A DNA stretch of 63,333 bases, the filler included, from Dimorphilus gyrociliatus (Eukaryota > Animalia > Annelida), in the NCBI GenBank assembly GCA_904063045.1. It is 7 parts of 7 records of this genome, joined end to end, with 100 filler letters (N's around TTAATTAATTAA, not from the genome) between each part and the next. Parts side by side here need not be neighbours in the genome. Positions count along the whole stretch, not along the records: positions 28,091 to 39,348 come from CAJFCJ010000200.1; positions 39,449 to 46,995 come from CAJFCJ010000305.1; positions 47,096 to 55,259 come from CAJFCJ010000067.1; 4 more parts are not named here. One strand, written 5' to 3'. The position numbers and the translations under genes are program-made. Under the pieces are notes generated by a model. It did no database searches, had not been told where the DNA came from, and was given only the letters and a program-made list of their open reading frames with translations. Shown one piece after another: positions 38,482-50,690 of this stretch (position 1 is its first letter; each line of letters begins with the position of its first letter).

Positions 38482-38764
38482 AAAATTTTATTTTAAATAC
38501 GAAAAGTAAAACATTAAAATTTCAAATTTTTTATTAATTTTTTATAAATTTTTTATAAATTTTTTATGATTTCTTAGATTGGAAAGAAAAGTTGAAAATT
38601 ATAAACTTTGAGGAAATTATTTTTTGAAACTATAATTTCAGTTTTATTTTAATTTTTTTTAATAAATTTTAAAAATTTCAAAAATTTAAAAAGAGAAAAA
38701 TAAATTCTTTTTAAATATAAAAAAATTTATTTATCAAATAGAGAAAAAAAAGTATAAAACCATT

Positions 38765-39348
38765 TTACTTTATTTTGATTTTTAATTCTTCAAACATACT
38801 ATTTAAAAATTTGCTAAATTCAATTCTAAGTTGAAATTTTTTAGCTTTTGATTTGTAGCTTTTACTTCTGATTATTAAAACACAGTCTAAAACATCAATA
38901 CCCAACGATTTTTCTGTCCTCGTTTGTAAAGAGAAATTTTCGAAATAATCGAATTTTTTAAGTTTTAGAAATTGATGAATTTTCATTTGCATTTCGTTGT
39001 AAGCACTTGGATTTATATCTGTATCAAGTTTAAATGTGAATAAAATTCTTTTCTCTGGTGATCTAGTCATATTTATTAAACTTTTCTTCCATAAAACAGC
39101 ATTTAACATTTTTATTTCACCACCGTTTAAAGCTAAGAACGTAGTTGACAATATTCCTATTTTATGAACAACATGTAAAACTTCGTCAATTAGAATATCA
39201 TCACCTACATCGAAGGGATGACTTACTAAGACCATTATATTATCATAAAGATCTTTTGCCATTGAACTTACTGTAAAGTTGAGCAGTAATGCACTTGAAA
39301 GAACGAGTGCGAGTAAATCTTTCAAGGATATTCCATAAATTACAAGAT
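38765..39348 (-). CDS. MscS-like mechanosensitive channel (5' partial)
   Basis: SHPFDVGDDILID and IGILSTTF..GGEIKMLNAVLW match the MscS TM3/beta-domain pattern. Confidence 0.85.
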
Positions 39349-39448
39349 NNNNNNNNNNNNNNNNNNNNNNNNNNNNNNNNNNNNNNNNNNNNTTAATTAA
39401 TTAANNNNNNNNNNNNNNNNNNNNNNNNNNNNNNNNNNNNNNNNNNNN
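39349..39448. other. Artificial contig spacer 3
   Basis: 44 N + TTAATTAATTAA + 44 N. Confidence 0.99.
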
Positions 39449-39946
39449 ATTACAGGTGGTTGTTCTTCATTAGTTTGATGTTGAGTAGGGTTAGCTTCCA
39501 AATTTCTATGATTGAATGGGCCATAGGATTAGTAAATGCATTGAAAGAGAGGGCTGGCACATACATCAAAGAAAATTTCAACTGAAAAGATTACGTGCCA
39601 ATAATCATGTTGTTTGGCCAAATAAGAAAAAAAAATCATAAAACAATAGTAATTTTTATAAATAAAAAAATATGTAAAAACTCACCTAAATGCTTTTTGA
39701 AAGAAATTTATATAAAATTCCAAGTTTAATCTATAATTTAAGACTGAGAAAATAAAAATAATAATCTTTCTTCATAATGAAAAAGATTATTAATATTTCG
39801 CCTATCAAAATTCAAGGTGTGCCTATATACATGTTGCTTACTTTATACTGAACAGAACAAACTACATTTGCTATGTTATTTATGTGTTACTAAGAATCAG
39901 TGTCAATGTTTGAATGAATGAGTGTTTGTCCTGTGTTGAGGGTGGC

Positions 39947-39990
39947 TGACTCAGTTTCTTATTGTGGCTGGATGGTTTGACTTGACGTCA
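39947..39990 (+). promoter_or_regulatory. Possible bZIP site pair (AP-1 TGACTCA and CRE TGACGTCA) upstream of the MAM gene
   Basis: Exact consensus sites at 39947-39953 and 39983-39990. Motif match only. Confidence 0.25.
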
Positions 39991-40458
39991 CTTCATAAGT
40001 TAAATAAAAAATTCAATTTTATACATTTACACTGTATTGTTTTTGTTTAGCTAAATTGAGGCATTTGCAATAGTTCTAGTAGAGATCATGTCATATTATA
40101 TATCACATCAATTTGTAGATGTGTAGAGTCAAGCAAAGATAGGTATTCAGAACACAATACAAAATTTAAATTGATTCAAATATGTGAAAATAAGTAACTG
40201 TTCTTTTCTTTTTATATATCAGAAATTTATTAAACTTCTCTCAAAAATCCTTTGAAATAACCATGTCTATACAAATTAATATATTGCTGTAAAGATATTT
40301 AGTATGTAGCTACTGATTTATTATTATTAAAACGGGTTATTTACTATCCTACTTTCATTTTCACTTTGTAAAGTATTCTACTTCCTTTTTTATACATATA
40401 TATATATATCCAAAAGAGCTGTTTTTTTGCATTTGATAATCAGTTTTTAATGATAATC

Positions 40459-43400
40459 ATGAAGAATTTTTTACTTTTAATTTCTATGTTGATTCTTTTA
40501 ATTAACAGAAATTTTGGTAAATTTCAATTATATTTTTACTTTTTTAAGTCTTTTTTTTAAATAATAAATAGGTCAAGAAATTTATTGGAATTGTGATTTT
40601 AGTGCAAATGATTGCTCTTTTGTGTCGAATGTGCCAAATGGAATTGAATTATTTAAATTTAAAAGAGGTTCACAAAGTTTTATTAATTCCAAAGGGGAAA
40701 ATGGTAAATAAATTGAAAAAATAATCATATATACATAAGTTATGAATATTTCTGTCTTTTCAAGGAATATTTATGTCAACTGCAAACATGGCAACAAAAT
40801 TTAAAGAAACTTTTCTAATATCACCAATTATTGAATATAATTCAATCAAATCAACTAGAACTTGTCTTCGATTCAATCGTATAATTGATGATATCGATAT
40901 CAAATTAACAGTATTCTTACTTAAAAATGGATTAATTATTGATGAAAATATCTTTTTCGGATCATTTAACAATGAAAAACAATGGAAAAAAACAGTAATA
41001 CAAACAAATAAGGCCTATGATAGAGTAAGAAATTAATTACAATACAAAGAAAATGAAAATTAAATATTTTTTTTTTATACAAAAAAGTTTATTATTAAAG
41101 TTGAAAAATTCAATTTAATATCAAGAATTGTTGCAATAGATAATATTCAAATAAATGATTGCAAAGGTAAGTAAATGTTATATACCTATATAATCTATAT
41201 ATATATAAATTATTTAATTAAGCTGAAAATGATTACATTGAACCAACAAATGAACCAGTTTACAATGATCCTTGTAAGTTTTTATTTCTAGTTTTTCTTC
41301 ATTTATTCAACGTTTTGTTAATAAATCTTTAGCAAGTTTAAATTGTAATTTTGAAATGAACTTTTGTTTATGGAAATCTTTTAAATATCCTCTAACTGAT
41401 TATAATTATTATGAATGGACTTTAAACAATGGGAAAACTCATTCTTGGTTTACTGGACCAAGTGTAGATCATACTTATGGTAATACAATTGGAAAATATG
41501 CTTTTGTTGAAGCTTCTGTCAGTAAGAAAGGTCAATTCGCTGAATTGGTGTCACCATTTTTTCAATTGAAAAACAACATTTATTGTTTCAAATTGTATTA
41601 TCATATTTTGGGTAAAGAAGATTGGACTGGTAAACTAGAAGTTTTTGGCTATTTTAATCAAAAAGAAACAAAGTTTTTTGAACATTCCCATAGTCTTGGT
41701 GACAAGTGGAATGAACTGTTAATAAACTTGAATCCACTCCAAAGAAAAACTGACCAAGTAAGTATATAGAGCATTGAGTACAAAGAAAATGTCTATATAG
41801 GATTAAAACTCTCCACTGTAATTGTATTGTTTGAAAATATCTACTGAACAAAAGACAAAAGTGTTATATTGCTTTTGTTTTTAACAATTTCACTAACTGT
41901 AGCTCTTGTTAAATTATTTTTATAAAATCTTATATTTATATATATAGAGATATTTGAATTTCAGATTGTAATCAGAGCAACGTCAGCAGGTGATTATCGA
42001 GGAGATATTGCCATAGATGATATATCTTTTACTCAAGGATTATGTAATAACAATACAACTACCTCAACAAGTCCAGGTTCCTATACATTTTCAATAATTT
42101 CTTTATAATTTTGACCTAATTTAATTATGCTTTTTTGTCTTATTTTTTAAGGAGATTTGACTTGTAATTTTGAAAAAAATTTTTGTTCTTGGTTTGTAAA
42201 AAAATCATCAAATAATCCATCAAACAAATATGTATGGACAAGATTCTCTGGATCAACTCCAACTCAGTACACAGGACCAAGTAGTGATTCCCATGGGCAA
42301 AGTGGATATTATATATATGTTGAGGCTAGCAATAGTCAGTTCGGCACCTCATCTGAATTGAAATCACCAATTTTTAATTTGGATGGAAAGAATTATTGCT
42401 TACAGGCAGTTTATCATATGTACGGGTCACAAACCAATATTGGAAAATTTGATATATTTACTTCTTATAAAGGAATTTTAAGAAAAAATGTTTTCTACAA
42501 AAACCAAAATATTGGAAATCAGTGGAATAAAGTAAACATTCCTCTAAAATCGAATGAAGATATTGATCAAATAATAATTAGAGCAACATCCGGAGGTGAT
42601 GAAAAAGGTGATATTGCATTAGATGATATCACTGTTATTGAAGGAAACTGTTCTAATTTGGTGCAACCAAATACAATTTGCTCTTTTGAGAAAGATATTT
42701 GTGGTTATCAAGTGTATTTTAACAATTCTAATTGGAAATTTGAAAGAAATGGTATTTCTGATGTATCAATTTCTCCTTATCATGGTCATGTATTGCTTAG
42801 TGCTATATCTACTAGTCTTTCCCCTTCCACTGTTACTACACTTTCAACTGGACTTAGAAAAATGAATGGTGTCAGTTGTTTTTCATTCTATTATAGTATA
42901 GACAGTTCCAGCAGCAATTCTGGCGGAAATTTGAATATTCAATTAAGGGATAACTTGAATGGGCCAAGTTATTCTTTGATTACATTTAGATCAACAAATA
43001 AAATTTGGAAGAAACAGGAAATAGAAATATCTTCCTCCTCATTTGAGGTCATTTTTTTCTTCTCTCCCTCTCTCTTATAGTTTTGAAATAATATTAAATT
43101 ACATTCTCTTCTAGATTTTGTTTCATGCTATTCAAGGATATTCAAAGAAAACTGAGATTTTTATAGATTATATAAAAGTGACGAATGGAAAATGCTCAGG
43201 ATTGAATCCAATTATTCACCCAGCCCCAAAATATGGTATGAATTGAATTGTTTTGTTAGAGAAAGTCGTATTTCTTTTATTTCTGAACAGATGAAAATGC
43301 AAATTGTAATTTTGATAAAAGTTTATGTGGTTATCAATTAACTTCAATGAATGATGATAATTTATTCCAGTGGACTAGAAGACAATCAACAACTCCAAAA

Positions 43401-44956
43401 TCAGATATTGCATTGCAAATTGGTGGTATATCGGCAAATTCTAGTTCAAAAGCAACTATTACGTCTCCTATATTACCTTCAACATTAAAACCTAGATGCC
43501 TCAGCTTTACATTGAAGGATTTTTCAATTGCTGAGCAGGAAAGTGCAGTTTTACCAAAAATATATTTGTATATAAAAGAAAAGGGTATAAATTCATTTAG
43601 GTATATTTTGAAAAAATAACTAGTTATAAAAAAATTTCTCATTCTCCATCTACCTGTTTTTTTTTCTTGTAGATTGGCAGAAGAAATTGAAATTTCAAAA
43701 GAAAGCTTTTGTGATAAACCCCCAAATTCCACTTATTTCAGAACTATAGAAAGTATTGTTGAACAATATCAAATAGTTGCTGAGGTATCAAGAAAGCAGA
43801 TGGTCAAGGTCATATCAATTAGCGAAATATATTTCAAAAATGATAACTGTTTTTCAGAATCTGGTAGTTTTTTTAAATTGCTATTATCATATTTTTAGAA
43901 ACTTTTTTTTTGTCTTTTGATTTTAGATATTGATAAGATTGGATTAAATCCTCCAAGTTGTGGTTTGGTATCACATACACCTTTTATAATTGATGGTTCA
44001 AAGGCTGATATTAAAAATTTTCCTTGGCAGGTAGAATGATGATTCCTATCACATTAAAATATACTTTTTTTTGAAATTTACATTTGAAAATTAAAATACA
44101 GGCAGTTATAACATACAGAAAAAATTCCATTCCATATGTTTGTGGTGGTACCTTAATTCATGAAAAATTTGTTTTAACTGATAGCTCATGTGTCTCAAAA
44201 GAGTAAATATTTATTTTTTTCAAATATTCCTATTTATTATAAATTAAAATTGTTTAAAAAGAAATGCTCCATTTAAGACCCTTTTGGGATCTAATTCATG
44301 GAACGGAGGAGATACATATAATGGAAATTCTGTCTTTATTCATCCAAATACAAATGCATCCTTTAGTTCTAGTATAGCACTCTTAAAATTAGAATCGAAA
44401 GTTGCCATGAGCAGTTCAATAAATGTAGCATGTTTAAGAAGGCAGCCATTAAGAGGAACAGAAGATTTTGATTGTTATACTACTGGTTTTGGGGCATATA
44501 CATTGAAAAGTATATCTCTTTTCAACAAAAGTAGTTATTTTATTAAATTTCAAAAATTTGTCAATTTTTAGATATCACTTTAGCAAGTATTTTCTTACGG
44601 AAAGCAAAAGTTACTTTAAAGGATGATAGCTTTTGTTCATCCCATTTAAAATCTATAAAATCAAATCTAAACTTAAGCTATCCACAAGAACTTTGTGTAT
44701 GGAATAACGAAAAAAAACAGGCTTGTCGTGTAAGTTGATTTCAATAAAATATGCAAAAATAGGAATATAAAGAAAGAAAACTTATCTATAGGGTGATCTA
44801 GGCAGTCCTTTATCTTGCAAAATTAACAATAAATGGATTGTTCCTGGAGTTATTAGTCGTCATTTAGAACCTTGCAATCAAGAATTGTCAATAATTGCAC
44901 AAGCTTTATATTATTTTGATTGGATTTCTACAATTATTTCACAAAATAGTTGTTAA
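40459..44956 (+). CDS. Secreted multi-MAM (about five) protein with a catalytically dead trypsin-like domain; multi-exon
   Basis: Signal peptide MKNFLLLISMLILL, repeated C.FE/D..C.W and GDIALDDI MAM motifs. Trypsin fold landmarks IIDG, PWQ, CGGTLI, IALLKL, GD.G.PL.C. GT-AG junctions in the protease part are phase-consistent. Confidence 0.88.
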
Positions 44957-45124
44957 ATGGCCACAGAAAATAAATTTTAATTTGAAAGTAAGGTTCTTAT
45001 TCCAATACATCAAATACAAATTATTATTTCAAAGTGTATATTTATTGTTTGCTTTATTACATATATGGGTTATTAGATCTATAAATAGACAAAGATAAAT
45101 TTCAATGTCAGAGTGTATGTATGA

Positions 45125-45430
45125 GTATTTCATGCAAAGAAAATGTATTGAGTGAAATGAGCTGCCTTTTCTAAACAAGCAAGTTTAAACAACCAGCTAA
45201 AGAACTGAAATATCAACTATTCATTTTGTAGGGTTTATATAATCTTTTTAAGGGTACATAGTTCATAAAAAGAAAAGTAGCATTCTTTTTTACTATTTGT
45301 GAAGGGCTGTAGCAATCATCAAAAACATTAAAGAATGTCAAATTACCTATCTGTTCCAGAGAGGATCTGTTTTCCAAACCTGGAAATTTGTATGTAACAA
45401 TTTTAGTAGGACAAGGTCAACAATTAAAAT
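45125..45430 (-). repeat. Gypsy family B LTR-like fragment
   Basis: Homologous to 53400-53700 (AGGGTTTATAT, ATGTAACAATTTTAGTAGGACAAG). Confidence 0.55.
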
Positions 45431-45949
45431 ATGCAATTGCTAAAACTGTAGAAATAAAAGACTTATAGGCTTAATACTACTCCAATACTATTCTTCAGAG
45501 TAAAGATTAGAAATGTAAATGTAGAGCACAAGGAAATGTTTAAATAGTAAACATTGACAACAACTCTCATTTTTGACCTTGTAAATAGGTTATATCAATT
45601 AATTTGGCTGAATCATTGCTTATCTTAAGCCTAAAAATAGGCACTTTATAAGCTTCCCTGCTGTTTTAGCATTCTAACAATTGTAGACAGGCAAAGAATC
45701 TTGATTATTCTTATTTTGAAATGAATAGAAGGTTTGTTTTAAAATAGATTTGTAATATAAAATATTTAATACATAAATAATGACATCATTTTGCAATTCT
45801 CTTTATCAAAAAATATATTTTTTTTCAAGTGTAACAATAACAAAGTTTTTAATATAAGTTTTTATATAATTTTTTTATTTCATTTTTTTTCTTATTTTGT
45901 TTGGGCTTTGTACAAATTAGTCAGGAGCATAAATGTTCATATTTTTCTT

Positions 45950-46280
45950 ATTTTTGCATATGACCACCCTCTTTTTCAATACATTTGCAGACTGTATGGC
46001 CCATTCCATTCTATAAACATGTTAAGTGGTTTCTCTTTTATAAGCTCATAAGAGTACTTTTGAATTTTTCTGCGAATTTGAGTCTGACGATGAATTGTGG
46101 ACAGTCTATCTACCAGTTTTTTGATGATGTACCACATGTTCTCAATTGCACTGAGGTTGCGGCTATTTCCATCCCTGCTTTCTGGAGACCTTCGTAAATA
46201 CAAGAAAGATGCTGTCTTCTTCTTTCTAACCATTTTTCAATCCAAAAAAGATTTCATATTCTGGATGAAATTCTCAAGAT
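45950..46280 (-). mobile_element. Tc1-like transposase C-terminal remnant
   Basis: GNSRNLSAIENMWYIIK resembles the SPDLNPIENLW motif. Ends ..KKRGWS. Confidence 0.6.
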
Positions 46281-46292
46281 AATACATTTAAG

Positions 46293-46560
46293 GCTGTATT
46301 TTCAGGTTTTTATCACCTTGATGTATCTGCTGGTTTGTGGCCAGGAATGCAAACTGTTGTTCTTAGAACAGTAAGCAACAGACAAATCCTAAGTATTCAA
46401 AGATTAAAGGATATAACAGCATTTAGAGGTATGAGCAGAGCAGGAATATTAAAATTGGAAAAAAGTGATATTGTAACAATTGAGATAATACGCAATCTTT
46501 ACAGTGATACATAGAAATTAACATCTTTTGCATTAGTTTATGTTTCTTCACTATACTACT
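46293..46560 (+). pseudogene. C1q globular domain exon remnant with an in-frame TAG at 46512
   Basis: GFYHLDVSAG...MSRAGILKLEKSDIVTI...LYSD..TSFALV follows the C1q domain pattern. Confidence 0.5.
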
Positions 46561-46995
46561 ACCATTTTCTCTTTCTGAATTTCCCCAAAACTTGCTCTAT
46601 CGTTACTTTGGATCTAAAATTTGAAATTTCTGAAAAATGAAAAATACTTTGATTATGTTTTGTTATGTTTTTTTCACCAAAAAAAATGAAACTGTGGTCA
46701 GTGAAATTGATTGTAGATGTACTTTGTGTACTTTGCAAAATGCTATTGTTAAGTATTCATAATAAATAGTATTGAGCTAAGTCTATGGTTTTCTAAAAGA
46801 GCATCTATATTGAACTGAAGTGCACACTTTGTTTTATTGTAATTGTGGAAATGTCTGGCTTTTTCACAACAATAATATCAAAATGTCACTACTTCTGTCT
46901 TATTTATATATATTTATAATCTTAATTTGAGATAATACATCTAAAAATTTATCAAATTGTAAAGTTAAGTTGCAAATAGCAATATTTGATAAAAC

Positions 46996-47095
46996 NNNNN
47001 NNNNNNNNNNNNNNNNNNNNNNNNNNNNNNNNNNNNNNNTTAATTAATTAANNNNNNNNNNNNNNNNNNNNNNNNNNNNNNNNNNNNNNNNNNNN
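46996..47095. other. Artificial contig spacer 4
   Basis: 44 N + TTAATTAATTAA + 44 N. Confidence 0.99.
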
Positions 47096-47562
47096 ACACT
47101 TACCTAGAAAATACGTAGATATATTTTCAAGTATTTAAACTACATTTTAGATAGAATTAGATTATGAATAATAACATGGGACACTTGTTGAGAGGAGATT
47201 GATAAAAAGCTTTCAAAATATACAAAGAGATTATATATTGTGAATCATTGGTTTTTAGTTATTCAATATCAGCAAACATTTTTTGAATAAAATTGATTTG
47301 GCATTATCAAAAATGAATTACTATCTTTTTCTACTGCCTACCCAAAATCTGTAATAGGATATTGATTTTATTCCAAATAATCATAGTTAGCAAGTAGGAA
47401 TACCAGAAAAATTTAAACAAAGAAAATATTGAATTTTTAGCCCTTAAAATATTAGCATAGTGAAAAACCTACCTATAGTGTTCACTTAGAAATATCAGCA
47501 TAATAATATTTAGACTTTAGATATTATAGAACTTTAGAAAGCCTCATATTTTGTAGCAATTT
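47096..47562 (-). repeat. Inverted copy of the roughly 780-bp repeat unit
   Basis: Reverse complement of about 49660-50123. Confidence 0.9.
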
Positions 47563-47652
47563 GAATGGCTTTTTTATAGCCAAAAATTCATTACATTCTT
47601 TGTTAAAATTTTCTATAAAAGCAATGTGAGTATTTATTCTGCATTTTTAAAG

Positions 47653-48814
47653 ATGAAAGAAAGAACTATGAATTTCTTAATCTTCCTGACAGTTGTATTG
47701 TGTCAATTTGGTATGTCTTTTGTTTTGAATTTTGATTACTTGTTTATTTACAAATTTTTACTGGAATATATTAATTTTTTGTAACAATTAATTAATATTT
47801 TTAGAATATTCTGCATTGACATCCCCCACCAAGTTTTATTTTTAATACTGGAGTGGAATTTAATGAAGGGGATGAAGTAGAAATAAAAATCAAGGGAGGG
47901 GTTCCAGCTCATACTTGCAGGTATGAAATGATTGATCCTTTTAGTAAATATCAATTTGCTCTTTTTTCTCTTTCAGTATACAAGTTGATCCAGATTATTC
48001 AGGTACTGGTGCCACATCATTTTCAAATTTAGAATCATCACAAACAGTAACTTTGACATTATCAATTGTAAGTGATGGTGAAACTGAAGGTCTTGAAGAA
48101 AAGATATTACGCTATAATTGTCCTTCATCATACTATAAAAGTTTCACAAGTACCATATCTATTTTAAGTCAAGGTGGTGGTGGTGGTGATCCACATTTTT
48201 CTGTTTTTGTAAAGGATAAGAATGGTTTGGGAATGAAGCAAATTTGTTTTGATGTTTCTTCAACTTATTACAGGAAATTGAAAATTTTTAAAGATTTCAA
48301 ACAAAATATTACTGTATTTGGTGTTCTAAAAGATGACTACTATATGCATCAGATTGTCTTTTCTTTAAATAATCATAATTTGGCCATTGCTCTAGATGGA
48401 GTGTACATTCAGGATCAAAAATATCAAGACTGGCATTCTACAAAAAAACCAATTCAAATTGGAGATTTTACTGTGACTCTAGCACCTGAGAATAATATAT
48501 TTTTAGTTGGAATAAAGAAACAGAACCACTCTAAATCTGAATTTTTCTCAGTAAAAAAATCAAAGAAGCTTGTAGTTGGAGAATTTTTAGATATTATCAT
48601 TCAAACACAATTGGCAAACAAGAAAAATGGAGGATTACTTGGTATTGTTTACCAAAAAAATTTTCATTTCTTTAAGAATGTTCAAGACAGTGAAAATAAT
48701 ATGGACTCTTCCGTCATAGTAAATGATAGACTGGTTCATTCCAAGATAGTAAAGAGATATAATAATGATTGTTGGCTACTTGATGTAAATGATATCCTCT
48801 TCCAGAAAATTTGA
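47653..48814 (+). CDS. Small secreted protein: Calx-beta-like module + GDPH + ITIH C-terminal-like domain (three exons, one homopolymer frameshift)
   Basis: Signal exon 47653-47711, GGGGGDPHFSV..ICFDV, GLLG and CW near the end. Exon 2 reads through only if the C5 run near 47823 is C4. Confidence 0.7.
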
Positions 48815-48914
48815 ACAATTATCTTGAATAATCTTATTATTTGTAATGTAATTCTATCTACAATTTTATTCAAAACATAGACCCTAATTGCACTAAATAA
48901 ATGTCTTATATTTC

Positions 48915-50690
48915 AACATTTTTTGAATAAAATTGATTTGGCATTATCAAAAATGAATTAATATCTTTTTCTAGTGCCTACCCAAATACTGTAATAGGAT
49001 ATTCATTTTAATCTGATTAATCATAGTTAGCAAATAGCAATATGAGAGAAATTTAAAGTTCTATAATATAAAGTTCTAGAGTATCATTAGAAAGACATAA
49101 TAATGTGCTGATATTGAATAACTAAAAACCAATGCTTCACAATAATAAGAGCCTTTTTAAAGTTCTAGACTATAATTGTACTAAATAAATGTCTTTCTAA
49201 TCTTCCACCATTAAAATGTCTTTCTAATCATTCACCATTAAAATGTCTTTCTAATCTTCCACCATTAAAATTGCTACAAAATAATCTAATTCTATCTAAA
49301 ATGTAGTTTAAATACTTGAAAATATATCTACGTATTTTCTAGGTAAGAAAAAACAACTCTGAATAGAAATTTTATATAAAAGTGTGAGAAAAAACCAAAA
49401 ATATGCAATAAAAAAGCAAGTGTTACAACTGGATTCAAATAATAACAATAAACAAGAGTTGAAAAACCTAATATCTTTGTCTGTAAACTAAGGTGGGGTT
49501 AGTTTAACATGCATTTTTTCAATATTGTTTGTGCCATTGTTAATTCCATAATGCAACATCTGTTTTGGTCAAAGAATATGTTTCCTATGAAATAAGAGCC
49601 TTTTTAAAGTTCTAGACTAAAATTGTACTAAATAAATGTCTTTCTAATCTTCACCATTAAAATTGCTACAAAATATGAGGCTTTCTAAAGTTCTATAATA
49701 TCTAAAGTCTAAATATTATTATGCTGATATTTCTAAGTACACACTATAGGTAGGTTTTTCACTACTGTAATATTTTTAAGGCCTAAAAATTCAATATTTT
49801 CTTTGTTTAAATTTTTCTCATATTCCTACTTGCTTACTATGATTATTTGGAATAAAATCAATATCCTATTACAGATTTTGGGTAGGCAGTAGAAAAAGAT
49901 ATTAATTTATTTTTGATAATACCAAATCAATTTTATTCAAAAAATGTTTGCTGATATTGAATAACTAAAAATCAATGATTCACAATATATAATCTCTTTG
50001 TATATTTTGAAAGCTTTTTATCAATCTCCTCTCAACAAGTGTCCAATGTTATTAATCATAATCTAATTCTATCTAAAATGTAGTTTAAATACTTGAAAAT
50101 AAATCTACATATTTTCTAGGTAAAAAAAAAACAACTCTGAATAGAAATTTTATATAAAAATGTGAGAAAAAACCAAAAATATGCAATAAAAAAGCAAGTG
50201 TTACAACTGGATTCAAATAATAACAATAAACAAGAGTTGAAAAACCTAATATCTTTGTCTGTAAACTAGGGTTGGGTTAGTTTAACATGCATTTTTTCAA
50301 TATTGTTTGTGCCATTGTTAATTCCATCATGCAACATCTGTTTTTGTCAAAGAATATGTTTCCTATGAAATAAGAGCCTTTTTAAAGTTCTAGACTAAAA
50401 TTGTACTAAATAAATGTCTTTCTAATCTTCCACCATTAAAATTGCTACAAAATATGAGGCTTTCTAAAGTTCTATAATATCTAAAGTCTAAATATTATTA
50501 TGCTGATATTTCTAAGTGAACACTATAGGTAGGTTTTTCACTACTGTAATAATTTTAAGGGCTAAAAATTCAATATTTTCTTTGTTTAAATTTTTCTGAT
50601 ATTTCTACTTGCTTACTATGATTATTTGGAATAAAATCAATATCCTATTACAGATTTTGGGTAGGCAGTAGAAAAAGATATTAATTCATA
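48915..50690 (+). repeat. Complex repeat array: roughly 780-bp tandem units plus 27-bp and about 41-bp internal tandem repeats
   Basis: ATAATCTAATTCTATCTAAAATG recurs at 49281 and 50058. AATGTCTTTCTAATCTTCCACCATTAA occurs three times (one with variants) at 49188-49268. Confidence 0.9.

Noticed and set aside
38765-44956. Neighbourhood or horizontal transfer between microsporidian-type and animal-type genes
   Set aside because: Every switch between the two gene types coincides with an artificial spacer. No contig contains both.
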